64,000 nucleotides of DNA from Myxococcales bacterium (lineage in GTDB: Bacteria > Myxococcota_A > Polyangia > Palsa-1104). The position numbers were made by a program, and so were the translations under genes. The notes below the pieces were generated by a model. The model saw only the letters and a program-made list of their open reading frames with translations, was not told where the DNA came from and searched no databases. The stretch covers positions 1 through 64,000 of the forward strand of contig PNAM01000053.1 of assembly GCA_003170275.1 (NCBI GenBank), written 5' to 3'. Of the stretch, positions 29,106 through 39,319 are shown piece after piece; the stretch's first letter is position 1; every line of letters starts with the position of its first letter.

Positions 29106-29429
29106 ATGAGGCTCACAGGTCTGCTTCTGTTTGGCGCGCTCCTACTGCCCGCGGGCACCGCACGCGCGGAGAAGACCCGCACGCAGGAAACCAAGAAAGA
29201 GAAAACGGACCAGGCTGCCAAGAAGGGCGCGCTGAAAGAGAAGCAGGATCCGTCCGCGGATCTCGCGCTTCAGAAAGAGAACGTCAAGAAGCTGCGCACC
29301 GACGCGGCCGACGACCGGAAGGCGGGTAACCGCGCCGGCGCGTGGGCTGCCAACGGGGACGCGCACCACGCCGAGAAGCTGATCAAGAAGGACAAGCAGC
29401 TGCTCGAGGAAGGCAAGCGCAGCAAATGA
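29106..29429 (+). CDS. Small secreted Lys-rich protein
   Basis: Signal peptide ending ARA; helical charged body. Confidence 0.6.
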   Translation: MRLTGLLLFGALLLPAGTARAEKTRTQETKKEKTDQAAKKGALKEKQDPSADLALQKENVKKLRTDAADDRKAGNRAGAWAANGDAHHAEKLIKKDKQLLEEGKRSK

Positions 29430-30583
29430 CGACGAAGAGCAAGAAGACCCACCGGCGCCGCTGGCTGTGGCTCGGGCTGCCGCTCGGGTTGGTCACGCTG
29501 CTGGTCCTCGTCTATATGTTTCTGAATGTCATCGTGTCGTTCGCCACCCAGAAGGGCCTCGATCGCCTGCAAGCGGCGACCGGCTCGTTCAAGTCGCTCA
29601 ACGTCACGGTGATCAAGCCCGGCTACGACATCTTCGGGCTCAAGATCAACCAGATGGGGCACAAGGAACCGCTCCTGTACGCCGACCGGATCGAGATGCG
29701 CTGGTCCTGGCGCGAGCTGTTCCACGGACACCTGGTGCGTCGCATCAAGATGTGGAATGCGCGCATCGTGGTGCCGATGCGGCCGGGCGAGGACGGCAAG
29801 CCGTCGCAGCCGCCGCTGGAGATCGCCAAGACGCTCGAGTCGGTGCCGTCGGCCGGCCTGGAGCGCCTGTCGATCGTACACAGTCAGGTGATCCTGATCG
29901 ACGAGCACCACGACGGACAGCGGCTGTGGCTGCACGACTTCGACGCCACCGTCGAGAACATCGCGTCGCGCGAGAAGCTGATGCATGGGCTGCCGGTGCT
30001 GGTCACCGTGCATGGCAAGCTGCAGTCGACCGGCGACCTCGCGGTGTTCCTCACGGTGGATCCGTTCGACAAGGGCCTCACGTTCGCCGGATCGGCCGAG
30101 CTGAAGCACCTCGATCTGAAGGACTTGCACCAGTTCACCGCCATCAAGGGGCTGACCATCCCCGAGGGCAAGCTCGACGTGTTCGCCTCGCTGACCTGCA
30201 AGCGCGGTGAGCTCACCGGCGGCATCAAGCCGATCCTCACCAACGTGAAGGTGAAGGCCGCGGACGACAAGCTCGGCGACAAGATCAAGGCAGTGCTGGC
30301 CGATCTCGCCGTCAAGCTCTTCTCCGATCGCGTGCCGGGCCGCAATGCGGTCGCGATGGTGATTCCGATCCATGGCGACATGAAGAAGCCCGACGTGCAG
30401 ATCGTGCCGGCGATCATGGCGGTGCTGCGCAACGCGTTCGTCGAGGGCCTGTCGGCGAGCTTGACCGGTCTTCCGCCGCCGGTGGCCGATGAGAAGCAGG
30501 GCATCCTGCACCAGGCGCGACAGGCGCTCAGCCGGCGCTCGAAGAAGCCAGTCGAAGCGCAACCCGTGCAGCCCAAGAAGTAA
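29426..30583 (+). CDS. DUF748-domain protein (AsmA-like)
   Basis: N-terminal TM; 'G.IKPIL.NV', 'IPIHGD...P', 'LRNAFVEGL'. Confidence 0.75.
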   Translation: MTTKSKKTHRRRWLWLGLPLGLVTLLVLVYMFLNVIVSFATQKGLDRLQAATGSFKSLNVTVIKPGYDIFGLKINQMGHKEPLLYADRIEMRWSWRELFHGHLVRRIKMWNARIVVPMRPGEDGKPSQPPLEIAKTLESVPSAGLERLSIVHSQVILIDEHHDGQRLWLHDFDATVENIASREKLMHGLPVLVTVHGKLQSTGDLAVFLTVDPFDKGLTFAGSAELKHLDLKDLHQFTAIKGLTIPEGKLDVFASLTCKRGELTGGIKPILTNVKVKAADDKLGDKIKAVLADLAVKLFSDRVPGRNAVAMVIPIHGDMKKPDVQIVPAIMAVLRNAFVEGLSASLTGLPPPVADEKQGILHQARQALSRRSKKPVEAQPVQPKK

Positions 30584-30592
30584 GGAGCCCTC

Positions 30593-30985
30593 ATGCGACG
30601 CATCAGTTGGATCGCGCTCTTCGTGCTCGCCGGTTGTCATGCGCACCAGGTGGGGCAAAACCACGAGACGATGGCGTCGGCGCCCAAGGGCGAGCAGGTG
30701 AAGTCGGCGCGGCCGGTGCGGACCACGCCGGGATCGATGCTCGACAAGAGCGCGATGTCGAAGCTGCAGGAGGCGCTGAGCCGCCACGGCGAGCCGGTGA
30801 AGGTGACCGGGACGCTCGACGACGCGACCCAGGGAGCTCTCAAGCGGTTCCAGCGCCAACAGGATCAGCCGGCGACCGGACTGCCCGACTACGACACGCT
30901 GCACCGCCTTGGGCTCGACCCCAAGGACATCTACCTGGGCGGCACCCACCGCCGCGAGGCCCAGCGCACGTCGACGAAGAAGTAG
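30593..30985 (+). CDS. Peptidoglycan-binding lipoprotein (PG_binding_1)
   Basis: LAGC lipobox; 'LQEAL...TG.LD.ATQGALKRFQ...TG.PD..TL..LG'. Confidence 0.85.
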   Translation: MRRISWIALFVLAGCHAHQVGQNHETMASAPKGEQVKSARPVRTTPGSMLDKSAMSKLQEALSRHGEPVKVTGTLDDATQGALKRFQRQQDQPATGLPDYDTLHRLGLDPKDIYLGGTHRREAQRTSTKK

Positions 30986-30991
30986 GCGCGA

Positions 30992-32278
30992 GTGATCTCG
31001 ACGCCGAGCACCCGACCGACCAAGCCAATCGTCGGATTCTGGCGAAAGTTGGGCCCAGGCCTGGTCACCGGCGCCTCCGACGATGATCCGAGCGGGATAG
31101 GAACCTATTCCCAGGTCGGCGCGCAGTTCGGCTTCACGATGCTCTGGACGATGCTCTTCTCGTACCCGCTCATGAGCGCGGTGCAGATGATCAGTGCGCG
31201 CATCGGGCGCACGACGGGGGAAGGCATCGCCGGGAACATCCGGCGCCACTATCCCGCATGGCTCCTCTATGCATTGGTCTCGTTGCTCCTCGCTGCCAAT
31301 GTGATCAACATCGGCGCAGACCTTGGCGCCATGGGCGCCGCGATTCAACTGCTCGTCGGTGGCCCCCACCTCGCCTATGTCGTCGCCGTCGCGGCGCTGT
31401 CGACGGTGCTGCAGGTGTTCGTGCCGTACCGCAAGTACGTTCGGTATTTGAAGTGGCTGACGCTTTCGCTGTTCGCCTACGTGGCGACGGTTGTGGTCGT
31501 GCACGTGCCGTGGGCAGCGGCGCTGCGGCAGACGGTTCTCCCATCTCTCGAATTCACGCGGGAATATCTGACGGCGTTCATCGCTGTCCTCGGGACGACC
31601 ATCAGCCCGTATCTGTTTTTCTGGCAAGCCTCTCAAGAGGTCGAGGACGTCGAAGCGTGTAAAGAGGAGCAGCCGCTCAGAGAGGCACCCCGCCAGGCGC
31701 CGGGTCAACTTGGGCGCATTCGAATCGATACCCTTCTCGGAATGGCGTTTTCCAACATCGTGGCGTGGGCGATCATCCTCACGACCGCCGCAACGCTGCA
31801 CGCCCATGGAAAGACGGACATCGCCACGGCTGAGCAGGCCGCCCAGGCGCTGGCCCCGCTGGCAGGACGACTCGCCTTGGTGCTGTTTGCCGCGGGGATC
31901 GTCGGAACCGGGCTGCTCGCAGTTCCGGTGCTTGCCGGATCTGCCGCCTACAGCGTTGGTGAGGCCCTGAAGTGGCCGGTTGGTCTCGAGCGAAAGCCGC
32001 GCCAGGCGCGCGGCTTCTATGCCGTCATCGCTGCCGCCACCATGGTCGGGGCAGTCCAAAACTTTCTGCACATCAACCCGATGAAGGCGCTCTTCTGGAC
32101 CGCCGTGATCAACGGCGTGGTCGCCGTGCCTGTCCTGGTGGTCATGATGCTGGTCAGTGGAAACGCCAAGGTGATGGGCAAGCTTGCGATCGGTGGGGCG
32201 TTGAAGACCTTCGGGTGGATCACGACCCTCGTGATGCTCGCGGCGGCGATCGGGATGTTCGTCACCATGGGTCGCTGA
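30992..32278 (+). CDS. NRAMP-family divalent metal transporter
   Basis: 'LGPGLVTGASDDDPSGIGTYSQ', 'GTTISPYLFFWQ'. Confidence 0.9.
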   Translation: MISTPSTRPTKPIVGFWRKLGPGLVTGASDDDPSGIGTYSQVGAQFGFTMLWTMLFSYPLMSAVQMISARIGRTTGEGIAGNIRRHYPAWLLYALVSLLLAANVINIGADLGAMGAAIQLLVGGPHLAYVVAVAALSTVLQVFVPYRKYVRYLKWLTLSLFAYVATVVVVHVPWAAALRQTVLPSLEFTREYLTAFIAVLGTTISPYLFFWQASQEVEDVEACKEEQPLREAPRQAPGQLGRIRIDTLLGMAFSNIVAWAIILTTAATLHAHGKTDIATAEQAAQALAPLAGRLALVLFAAGIVGTGLLAVPVLAGSAAYSVGEALKWPVGLERKPRQARGFYAVIAAATMVGAVQNFLHINPMKALFWTAVINGVVAVPVLVVMMLVSGNAKVMGKLAIGGALKTFGWITTLVMLAAAIGMFVTMGR

Positions 32279-32299
32279 TCGAGCTGGCGACGGCAAGCC

Positions 32300-32316
32300 C
32301 GGCACGCTCGTTGCTA
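32300..32316 (+). promoter_or_regulatory. Sigma54 promoter upstream of csbD
   Basis: CGGCACGCTCGTTGCTA, GG-N10-GC spacing. Confidence 0.7.
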
Positions 32317-32350
32317 CCCTAGGGGTCACACGTTTCAAAGGAGACCACCA

Positions 32351-32536
32351 ATGGGCGAGTTCATCGACAAGACCAAGGGCAGGATCAAGCAAGCGGCAGG
32401 CGACCTGACTGGCAACAAGTCGCTCAAGCGACAAGGCCAGCGCGACGAGAGCGCGGGCAAGGTCAAAGGCGCGATCGCCGACGTCAAGGGAGCCGTGAAG
32501 GACGTGGGTCACGCGATCAAGGATGCCGTGAAGTAA
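32351..32536 (+). CDS. csbD: CsbD-family stress protein
   Basis: 'DKTKGRIKQAAGDLTGN..LKRQG..DE..GKVK'; AGGAG RBS. Confidence 0.9.
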   Translation: MGEFIDKTKGRIKQAAGDLTGNKSLKRQGQRDESAGKVKGAIADVKGAVKDVGHAIKDAVK

Positions 32537-32565
32537 CAAACGCTACGACAAAGGAGCAACACATC

Positions 32566-32649
32566 ATGAGCACATCAATGATCTTGATTCTGGTCCTGCT
32601 TGCGGTCTTCGCGTTCGGCGGCGGTGGGTTCTACTTGAGCAGGCGGTAG
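32566..32649 (+). CDS. 27-aa membrane microprotein, absent from the ORF track
   Basis: AAGGAG RBS; MSTSMILILVLLAVFAFGGGGFYLSRR*. Confidence 0.7.
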   Translation: MSTSMILILVLLAVFAFGGGGFYLSRR

Positions 32650-32670
32650 CGCCGCGGCTTCGTCGAAGGT

Positions 32671-33303
32671 CTATTTGGTCAACTCGTCGAGCGCTTTCAG
32701 CGTCTCGCGCGCACCGCGCGCATCGCCGGGAGCTTCGGAGGTGAGCTGGCGAAGCTTGGATGCGGTCGTCTTCATTTCCAGCGGGAGATCGATCTTGAGG
32801 TATTTTGCGATGCGGCGCTTAAAGGTCTTGCCCGCGATCGCGACCAGCGCCTTGCCGTAGGAGCTCCAGGCCTCCAGGTTCTTCGGATCCACCTGCGCGG
32901 CCTCGCGCGTGGCGCGGAAGGAGCGCCTTCCGTCTTCGCCCTTCTTCGTCCCCCAGCTGTCGTAATGCTCGGCCAACAAGCCTTCGAGTCCCGATTGGAT
33001 CGTATAGGCCTCGCTGCGCAGCTTTTTCGGGCATTGGTTGCATCGGGACAGGTTGCCGAGCTCGGCGAGCTGTTTTTCGACGGTGGCCTCGTCGGTGACG
33101 GGAGCTTTGTTCTGCTTGTCCTTCAGCCGCTTCTTCAGCTGGGTGAGCTCTTGCCGGTAGCCGGCGAGCTTCGAGCGTAGCTCGGTGCAGCTGAGCTTCT
33201 CGGGGCACAGCCCGGGTGGCGGCTGCGTCTCTGCCCATGCGATCGTACCGGCGCCGCTACAGATGAGGAGCGTTGTAATCCGCAGCCTGATCGAGCTGCT
33301 CAT
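32671..33303 (-). CDS. Secreted helical hypothetical protein
   Basis: Signal peptide; TACGCT box 6 nt upstream of ATG 33303. Confidence 0.6.
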   Translation of the reverse strand: MSSSIRLRITTLLICSGAGTIAWAETQPPPGLCPEKLSCTELRSKLAGYRQELTQLKKRLKDKQNKAPVTDEATVEKQLAELGNLSRCNQCPKKLRSEAYTIQSGLEGLLAEHYDSWGTKKGEDGRRSFRATREAAQVDPKNLEAWSSYGKALVAIAGKTFKRRIAKYLKIDLPLEMKTTASKLRQLTSEAPGDARGARETLKALDELTK

Positions 33304-33517
33304 GTGCTGAGCGTACCGCATCCGCACGGCACTGGTGAATCTCCGAGAGTCGGCACTCGACAACCAGCCGTTGTTCGACGGAGCGCTCTATTTCGCCGGC
33401 TACGACGGCCACGAGTGGATGGCGCGCGTCGACGTGGACAGCGGCGCCGTCGAGCCTTGGGATCGGACGCGACTACAGGTCGCTTCGCCGCCGCCGATGA
33501 CCCGGGTGGAGGTACGG

Positions 33518-34873
33518 ATGCGCGTGCTGGCGTTGGCGATCATGTTGTGCGGTGCGGGCTGCGCGGTCGGCGTGGCGGGAGCTCCGGTCACCGGAGACGG
33601 AGCGGCGCCGGCGGGATGGGTCGCCGTCAGACAGAACCAGGCGAGCCTGGCTGCGCAGCCGAACGGGTCCAAGCCGGACGGGCCGGTGCCGCTGGTTGGT
33701 GGACGGCTCGCGCTGGCGGGCGTGACGTCGGATGATCAGGCCGTCTACCTCGACGAGCGGCCCGGGTCGCTGAGCGCGATTCCGCTCGGCGGCGGCGCGA
33801 TCGTGCCGATCGCCGAGCACGTCGCGTCGGACAACGTGCGCGTGCGTGCGAACCTGGTGCTGGTGTGGCAGGACCTCGATCCGCAAAGCGGCGCGGGGAC
33901 CCTCTTGTTGTGGAGCGCCGGGCAGCCGGCTCGCGTGCTCTCGCGATCGTCGGTCGCGGGCTGGGCGGACGCCTCGCCCGACGGCTCGGCCATCTGGTAC
34001 ACCGACAACGCCGCCGCCGACGGGCGGAGCGCGGACGTGGTGATCGAGCGGCCCGCTCCCCACGCTTCGTCCAACGAGCTGCCCGCGATCGGGCTGGCCG
34101 CCGTCGTGCGGATCCACCTGCGCCCGGACTGCATGCCCGAGGTCGGCCTGATCGCCCCGCACCTGCTGGTCGCCGACTGCGGCGCGGGCGCTGGGCTCCG
34201 CCAGGTCCGGCTGTTCGACATCGATCGCGGCGAGCTGCTGGCGCCCAACGAGGCGGTGGACCGCGCGCGCTGGCTGCCCGCCTCCAACGCGATGCTCTAT
34301 CGCTCGTGGGACGGCAACCTGCGCCGCTGGTCGATCGCCGACCGGTCGGCGATCACCCTGTTCGAAGGGATCGTCAGCGTCGAAGCGGTCTCGCCCGACG
34401 GCGCGGACGCGTTGGTGACGACCCACCAGGACTGGAAGACGGGTCACACCGATCTGCGGCGCGTGTCGACCACCGTCCCCGGACCGTTGGTGGCGATCCG
34501 CGCCACCTCCGACCTGTCGCTCGCCGCCGACGCCTTCACCAGCGACGGAGCGCGCACGCTGTTCTTCACCGGCGACACGCCCGGTTCGGGGATCCTGAAC
34601 GCCGCGCCGCTCGACAGCTCGCCGTCGGTTCCGATCGCCTACGAGGCGTTCCTGGCGCGCGCCGCGCATGACCGCGTGGTGCTCTACGGCGACGCCTTCG
34701 ACGCCCTCGACGGCGCGCACGGCCGGGTCGACCTGCACGTGACCAACCTGGCGACCAATGATCCGTCGCGCAGCCTGGCCCGCGCCGCCGACGTCGCGCT
34801 GTTCCTGAACGCCGCCCGCGACCGCGTGGTCTACACCGGCACCGGCGGCCTGTTCGTGAGCGACTCGTTCTAA
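33518..34873 (+). CDS. Lipoprotein, beta-propeller-like
   Basis: GGAGG RBS, GAGC lipobox, SPDG/TSDG repeats. Confidence 0.65.
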   Translation: MRVLALAIMLCGAGCAVGVAGAPVTGDGAAPAGWVAVRQNQASLAAQPNGSKPDGPVPLVGGRLALAGVTSDDQAVYLDERPGSLSAIPLGGGAIVPIAEHVASDNVRVRANLVLVWQDLDPQSGAGTLLLWSAGQPARVLSRSSVAGWADASPDGSAIWYTDNAAADGRSADVVIERPAPHASSNELPAIGLAAVVRIHLRPDCMPEVGLIAPHLLVADCGAGAGLRQVRLFDIDRGELLAPNEAVDRARWLPASNAMLYRSWDGNLRRWSIADRSAITLFEGIVSVEAVSPDGADALVTTHQDWKTGHTDLRRVSTTVPGPLVAIRATSDLSLAADAFTSDGARTLFFTGDTPGSGILNAAPLDSSPSVPIAYEAFLARAAHDRVVLYGDAFDALDGAHGRVDLHVTNLATNDPSRSLARAADVALFLNAARDRVVYTGTGGLFVSDSF

Positions 34874-34881
34874 CGCGTCGG

Positions 34882-36936
34882 TTAGAACAGGTCGTCGAAC
34901 GAGGCCTTGTGCGGGGTGGAGCGGGGCGGGGCGGGGACGCTGCGCTTGGTTGTGGCGCCGGCGCGCGGGGCGGGGAGCTTGCCGCTGAAGAGGGCCCGCG
35001 TGACCAGCGCGAGCCGGCCGGCCGGGAGGCCGCGTTGGTTGGTCTCGCCGGCGATCTCGACGACGTGGTGGTAGACGTCTTTCGCCTCGTCGTCGCGGTG
35101 CAGCAGCACCAGCGCGTCGGCGCGCGCGAGCTGCGCGGCGGGCGTGGTGGGCGAGATGCTCACCGCGCGCGTCGCCTCGCTCAGCGCGAGCGGGCCGTTG
35201 CGCTTCTCCAGCGCGCGCTCGGCGAGCAGCACGTGCGACCAGATCAGATCGGGATCCTTGCGCAGCGCCTCTTCCGCCAGGCGGGTGGCCTGATCGTCCA
35301 TGCGCGCGGCGTGCAGCGTGAGCGCGTACTCGTCGAGGATCGCCGGCTCGCCGGGTGCGAGCGCGAGCGCGCGGCGGTATTCGTCGAGCGCCCGATCCTC
35401 GGCGCCGGTGCTGGCGTACATCGAGGCGGCGGCGGAGATCGGCACCCACCAGTTGGGATCGGCCTGCTCGGCGCGGCGCAACTCGGCGACCGCGTCGTCG
35501 GTGCGGCTCTGGCGGAAGCGCGCCGCCGCCAAGCCGAGATGCGCCGCCGCCCAGTCCGGCTCGACGGCGAGGATCGCGGCGAACCCGCTCGCGGCCGCCT
35601 CGAGCTGCCCGCGTAAGAGCGCGACCTGGGCGGCGCACAAGCGAGCCGCGGCCAGCCAATGGGCGGGCGCCCCCGGCTGCCCGCTCGCGTGCTCGAAGTC
35701 CACGCGCGCGACCTCCCAGCCGTCGACGTCGCCGAGCAGCGCGCGCGTCGAGCCGCTCCCGTCGTGTTGGCGGGCGAGCTGGCGCAGCCCGACCGCCGGC
35801 GCGCGCGGCGCGGTCGGCTCCGGTCGAACGATCGGCGCGATGGGCGCGGGCCACATCGCTCTGGCGCCCACGGCGATCGCGATCGCGACGACCAGCCCGA
35901 CGCCGAGCGCGCGCCACCGTCGCGGCGCGGGGACCGTCGGTGGAGGTGGCGCGAGCTCGCCGCGCACCGGCGTCGGCAGGGTCGCGCTGGCAGCCGGCGC
36001 CGATCGCGCGGGTGGCACGCGCGTCGGCGGAATCGCCTGGTCAGGCTCGAGGCTGACCGCCTCCAGCAGCGCGGTGCGCAGCGCGCGCGCACTGGCGAAG
36101 CGATTGGCGGGATCGCGCCCGAGCGCCTGCTCGATCACCGCGGTCAACGCGGGCGGGAGGTGCGGCGCGATCGAGCCCAGCGAGATCGGCTCCTCGGTGA
36201 GCTTCTTCGCGTACAGCTCGGGCAGCGTCTGCGCGTGGAACAGCAGCTGCCCGCTGAGCGCCTCGTACAAGACCGCGCCGACGCTGTAGACGTCCGCGCG
36301 CGGATCGGGCGCGGCGCCGCGCAGCTGCTCGGGCGGCGCGTAGAGCGGCGTGCCCACGCCGTTGCCCGCGTCGGTGAGGCGCTCGGCGCCCGGACCGGGA
36401 CGCTGCGCGGCGGCGATCCCGAAGTCGAGGATCTTGGGCGCATCGTCGGGCGCGCACAGAAACAGGTTCGCGGGCTTGAGATCGCGATGCACGATGCCCG
36501 CCGCGTGCGCCGCCGCCAGCCCCTCGAGCGCGCGCGCCATCAGACGCACCGCGACCTGCGGCGCGAGACGCCCGCGCTTCAAGCGATCCGCCAGCGATTC
36601 GCCGTTCAACCGCTCCATCACCAGGAACGGGAGCTGCTGGTGCCAGCCGGTGTCGTGGACCGTCACCAGCGTCGGGTGCGCGAGCGCCGCGGCCGAGCGC
36701 GCCTCGCGCAGGAACCGCTCGATCAGCTTGGGGTCCGCGGCCAGCCCGGCACGCACCACCTTGACCGCCACCTGGCGCTGCAGCGTCTCGTCGGTGGCCA
36801 GGTACACCGCGCCCATCCCACCGGCGCCCAACACCGCGTCCAATCGATAGCGGTTCGCGAGCAGGGTCCCGACGAGCGCCTCGGGAGACGCGTCGCCCCC
36901 GGGGCCGCCGCTGCCGTGCGTCGAGTCCAGTTCCAC
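34882..36936 (-). CDS. Transmembrane Ser/Thr kinase with C-terminal TPRs
   Basis: GAGGMG, HRDLKPAN, DFG, TM, TPR helices; start estimated at GTG 36936. Confidence 0.88.
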   Translation of the reverse strand: MELDSTHGSGGPGGDASPEALVGTLLANRYRLDAVLGAGGMGAVYLATDETLQRQVAVKVVRAGLAADPKLIERFLREARSAAALAHPTLVTVHDTGWHQQLPFLVMERLNGESLADRLKRGRLAPQVAVRLMARALEGLAAAHAAGIVHRDLKPANLFLCAPDDAPKILDFGIAAAQRPGPGAERLTDAGNGVGTPLYAPPEQLRGAAPDPRADVYSVGAVLYEALSGQLLFHAQTLPELYAKKLTEEPISLGSIAPHLPPALTAVIEQALGRDPANRFASARALRTALLEAVSLEPDQAIPPTRVPPARSAPAASATLPTPVRGELAPPPPTVPAPRRWRALGVGLVVAIAIAVGARAMWPAPIAPIVRPEPTAPRAPAVGLRQLARQHDGSGSTRALLGDVDGWEVARVDFEHASGQPGAPAHWLAAARLCAAQVALLRGQLEAAASGFAAILAVEPDWAAAHLGLAAARFRQSRTDDAVAELRRAEQADPNWWVPISAAASMYASTGAEDRALDEYRRALALAPGEPAILDEYALTLHAARMDDQATRLAEEALRKDPDLIWSHVLLAERALEKRNGPLALSEATRAVSISPTTPAAQLARADALVLLHRDDEAKDVYHHVVEIAGETNQRGLPAGRLALVTRALFSGKLPAPRAGATTKRSVPAPPRSTPHKASFDDLF

Positions 36937-37147
36937 CCGAGCCGATGCTACACCAACTGCGTGCGGGCGGCCGCGTGGCGTGGCGCCTCGGGCGCGGGGC
37001 GCTACGCCGCAGGAGACTCGCGCCCCCACGGCTGCACACGACTGTGTCCACTCGCGAGTCCATCATTAACTATGCGGCCCTGCGCGTGGGGGCGGGGTCC
37101 GGGTCCCGGCACGGGCCCACGGCCCAACACCTGCTTGCATCGAGCCC

Positions 37148-39319
37148 ATGCGTGTCGTGCGTCGGCTGTTTTGTCTGTTCGCGCTGATAGCGGTTGCGGC
37201 TGCGCCGGCGTGCAGTTGCAACAATCAGGGTCGGGTCGGGGGGCCTGGCGGGCCGGGTAGCGACGGAGGGCCGCCCGCGATCGGATCGCTGTCGATCGAT
37301 CCGGCCGACGTCACCCTCGATCTGGTCATGGGCGCCGCGCCGCCGACCGCCAGCTTCACGGTCACGCAGCACGCCGCGGATGGCGACCACGACGTCACCG
37401 GGCAGTGCACCTTCACGCTCGCCGACACCACGCTCGGAGTGATGAACGGCGCCGTGTTCACCGCCGGCACCGCGCACGGTGGCACCACCTCGCTGGTCGC
37501 CAACCTGAACGGCGCCATCGCGCAGGCGAACATCCACGTCAAGGTGCACGCGACCTTCTCCACGCCGGACTGCACCGGCTGCACGTTCCCGGCGCCCGGC
37601 GCGCCCGCCTGCGGTGCGGCCAACACGCAGCCGAACGTGGTCTATCCGCTCGACGGCGTGCTGCTGCCGCCGAACATGGACATCATCACCATCCAGTGGA
37701 TGCCCGGGAACGGTAACACGCAGTTCGAGGTCGATCTCAGCAACGCTGCGACCGACGTGAAGATCAACACCAAATGCGCGCCCACGGTGGACACGCGCAG
37801 CCAGATGTCCGGCGGGTGCAAGCTCGACCTGACCAACGCGATGTGGACCTTCGTGGCCGGCTCGAACAAGGGCGGCGACCCGGTGAAGGTCACGGTGCAG
37901 GGCACTTCGGATGGAACGTGCGCGGCGCCCGGCGCGAACAGCGTCGCGATGTCCTTCTCGGAGGACGACGTGGCGGGCGGCATCTACTACTGGAAGTCGA
38001 CGGTCTCCGCCATGGGAACCGGCGGTCAGATCTGGCGCAAGGCGTTCGGCGATCAGACCGCCGAGGAGCAGATCACCGGCGTGGGCGGGATCGGCGGCAC
38101 CTGCAACGGCTGCCACTCGCTGTCGCGCGACGGGCTGCGCATGGTCATCAACTCCGACGACGCGGATTCGGACGACGAGTACACGGACGTGAAATCGGGG
38201 CTGGTCGATGTCGGAAAGAAGGCGTTCGTAAATCCCATGGACCCGCAGGGACCGCCCGGCTTCCAGACCTTCAACCCCGACCACACCTTGTTCCTCGGCA
38301 CCAACGGCCTTGGCAACGGCAAGAGCATCGCAGGCAACGGATTTGGCGGCGGCGGCGGCGGGATCACTATCGCCAGTAATCAGTTTTTTCTCTGGGACGG
38401 CAACAGCGCCATGCTCTCCAATCCCAACTTCGCGACCGGGTCGTCGACCGCCACCCAGCGGGTCACCCAACCGGATTGGTCGGCGGATGGCAAGAACGTG
38501 GTGTTCATCGCGCCCGCGTCGGTGGCCACCTGGACCGGCGCGCACGGCAATCCCAACGATGACGATCATGTGACCGGCGGCAGCCTGTGGATGATGCCCT
38601 ACCTGGGCACCGGCATGTTCGGACCACCGGCCGAGTTGCTCCATTCAATGGGCGAGAATAACTATTATCCCGGGTATTCACCGGACGGGGGTTTCATCGT
38701 CTTCAATCGAGTCGACATGCAGCCCGCGCCCGACTTTCCGAACAACGACAGCTTCTCCAATCCGAAGGCGCGCGTGTGGGTGCTGCCGACGGCTGCCGGG
38801 GCGACGCCGATCGACTGCGCGGCGCTCAACGGCTCCGGCGACCTGTCCAACTCGTGGCCGCGTTGGTCGCCGTTCATCCAGACCTACAAGGGCTCGAAGC
38901 TCTTGTGGGTCACCTTCTCGTCGACGCGCGACTACGGCCTCCTGGTGCGCAACGCCGCGCCGGTCAACGGCCAGGCGCAGGTGCAGTGCTATCCGCCCGA
39001 CTCGGCGGAGTCTCCCGGCGGCACCCACGGCACGCCCTTTCCCGCCAACTGCCGGCAGCCGCAGCTGTGGATGGCGGCGATCAACCTGACCACGGCGGAG
39101 GTCATGGGGACCGTCGACCCGTCGTCGCCGCCCTTCTGGCTGCCGTTCCAGGACATCACCACGCACAACCACACCGCGCAGTGGACCTCGACGGTGGTGA
39201 CCACGCCGCCGCCGGACGGCGGGACGTGCCTGATGGGCGGCGAGGACTGCACCAAGGCGCCCAACAATTGCTGCGACACGCTGGTGTGCACCGCCAACGG
39301 CACCTGCGGGATCCTCTGA
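37148..39319 (+). CDS. Large TolB/PD40-like beta-propeller lipoprotein with an Ig-like N-terminal domain
   Basis: ACSC lipobox; QPDWSADG, YPGYSPDG, WPRWSP; Cys-rich tail. Confidence 0.8.
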   Translation: MRVVRRLFCLFALIAVAAAPACSCNNQGRVGGPGGPGSDGGPPAIGSLSIDPADVTLDLVMGAAPPTASFTVTQHAADGDHDVTGQCTFTLADTTLGVMNGAVFTAGTAHGGTTSLVANLNGAIAQANIHVKVHATFSTPDCTGCTFPAPGAPACGAANTQPNVVYPLDGVLLPPNMDIITIQWMPGNGNTQFEVDLSNAATDVKINTKCAPTVDTRSQMSGGCKLDLTNAMWTFVAGSNKGGDPVKVTVQGTSDGTCAAPGANSVAMSFSEDDVAGGIYYWKSTVSAMGTGGQIWRKAFGDQTAEEQITGVGGIGGTCNGCHSLSRDGLRMVINSDDADSDDEYTDVKSGLVDVGKKAFVNPMDPQGPPGFQTFNPDHTLFLGTNGLGNGKSIAGNGFGGGGGGITIASNQFFLWDGNSAMLSNPNFATGSSTATQRVTQPDWSADGKNVVFIAPASVATWTGAHGNPNDDDHVTGGSLWMMPYLGTGMFGPPAELLHSMGENNYYPGYSPDGGFIVFNRVDMQPAPDFPNNDSFSNPKARVWVLPTAAGATPIDCAALNGSGDLSNSWPRWSPFIQTYKGSKLLWVTFSSTRDYGLLVRNAAPVNGQAQVQCYPPDSAESPGGTHGTPFPANCRQPQLWMAAINLTTAEVMGTVDPSSPPFWLPFQDITTHNHTAQWTSTVVTTPPPDGGTCLMGGEDCTKAPNNCCDTLVCTANGTCGIL

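Noticed and set aside
29270..32539. 1089-aa minus ORF and other long antisense ORFs (e.g. 40696..43938, 55953..58598, 60391..63111)
   Set aside because: High-GC shadow frames opposite recognisable genes; no motifs
37120..37135. GG-N10-GC site upstream of 37148
   Set aside because: Weak match to the sigma54 consensus and too close to the start codon to support
38101..38116. CNGCH in the TolB-like lipoprotein as a heme site
   Set aside because: Single motif inside a Cys-rich propeller; may be a disulfide, so not called a cytochrome
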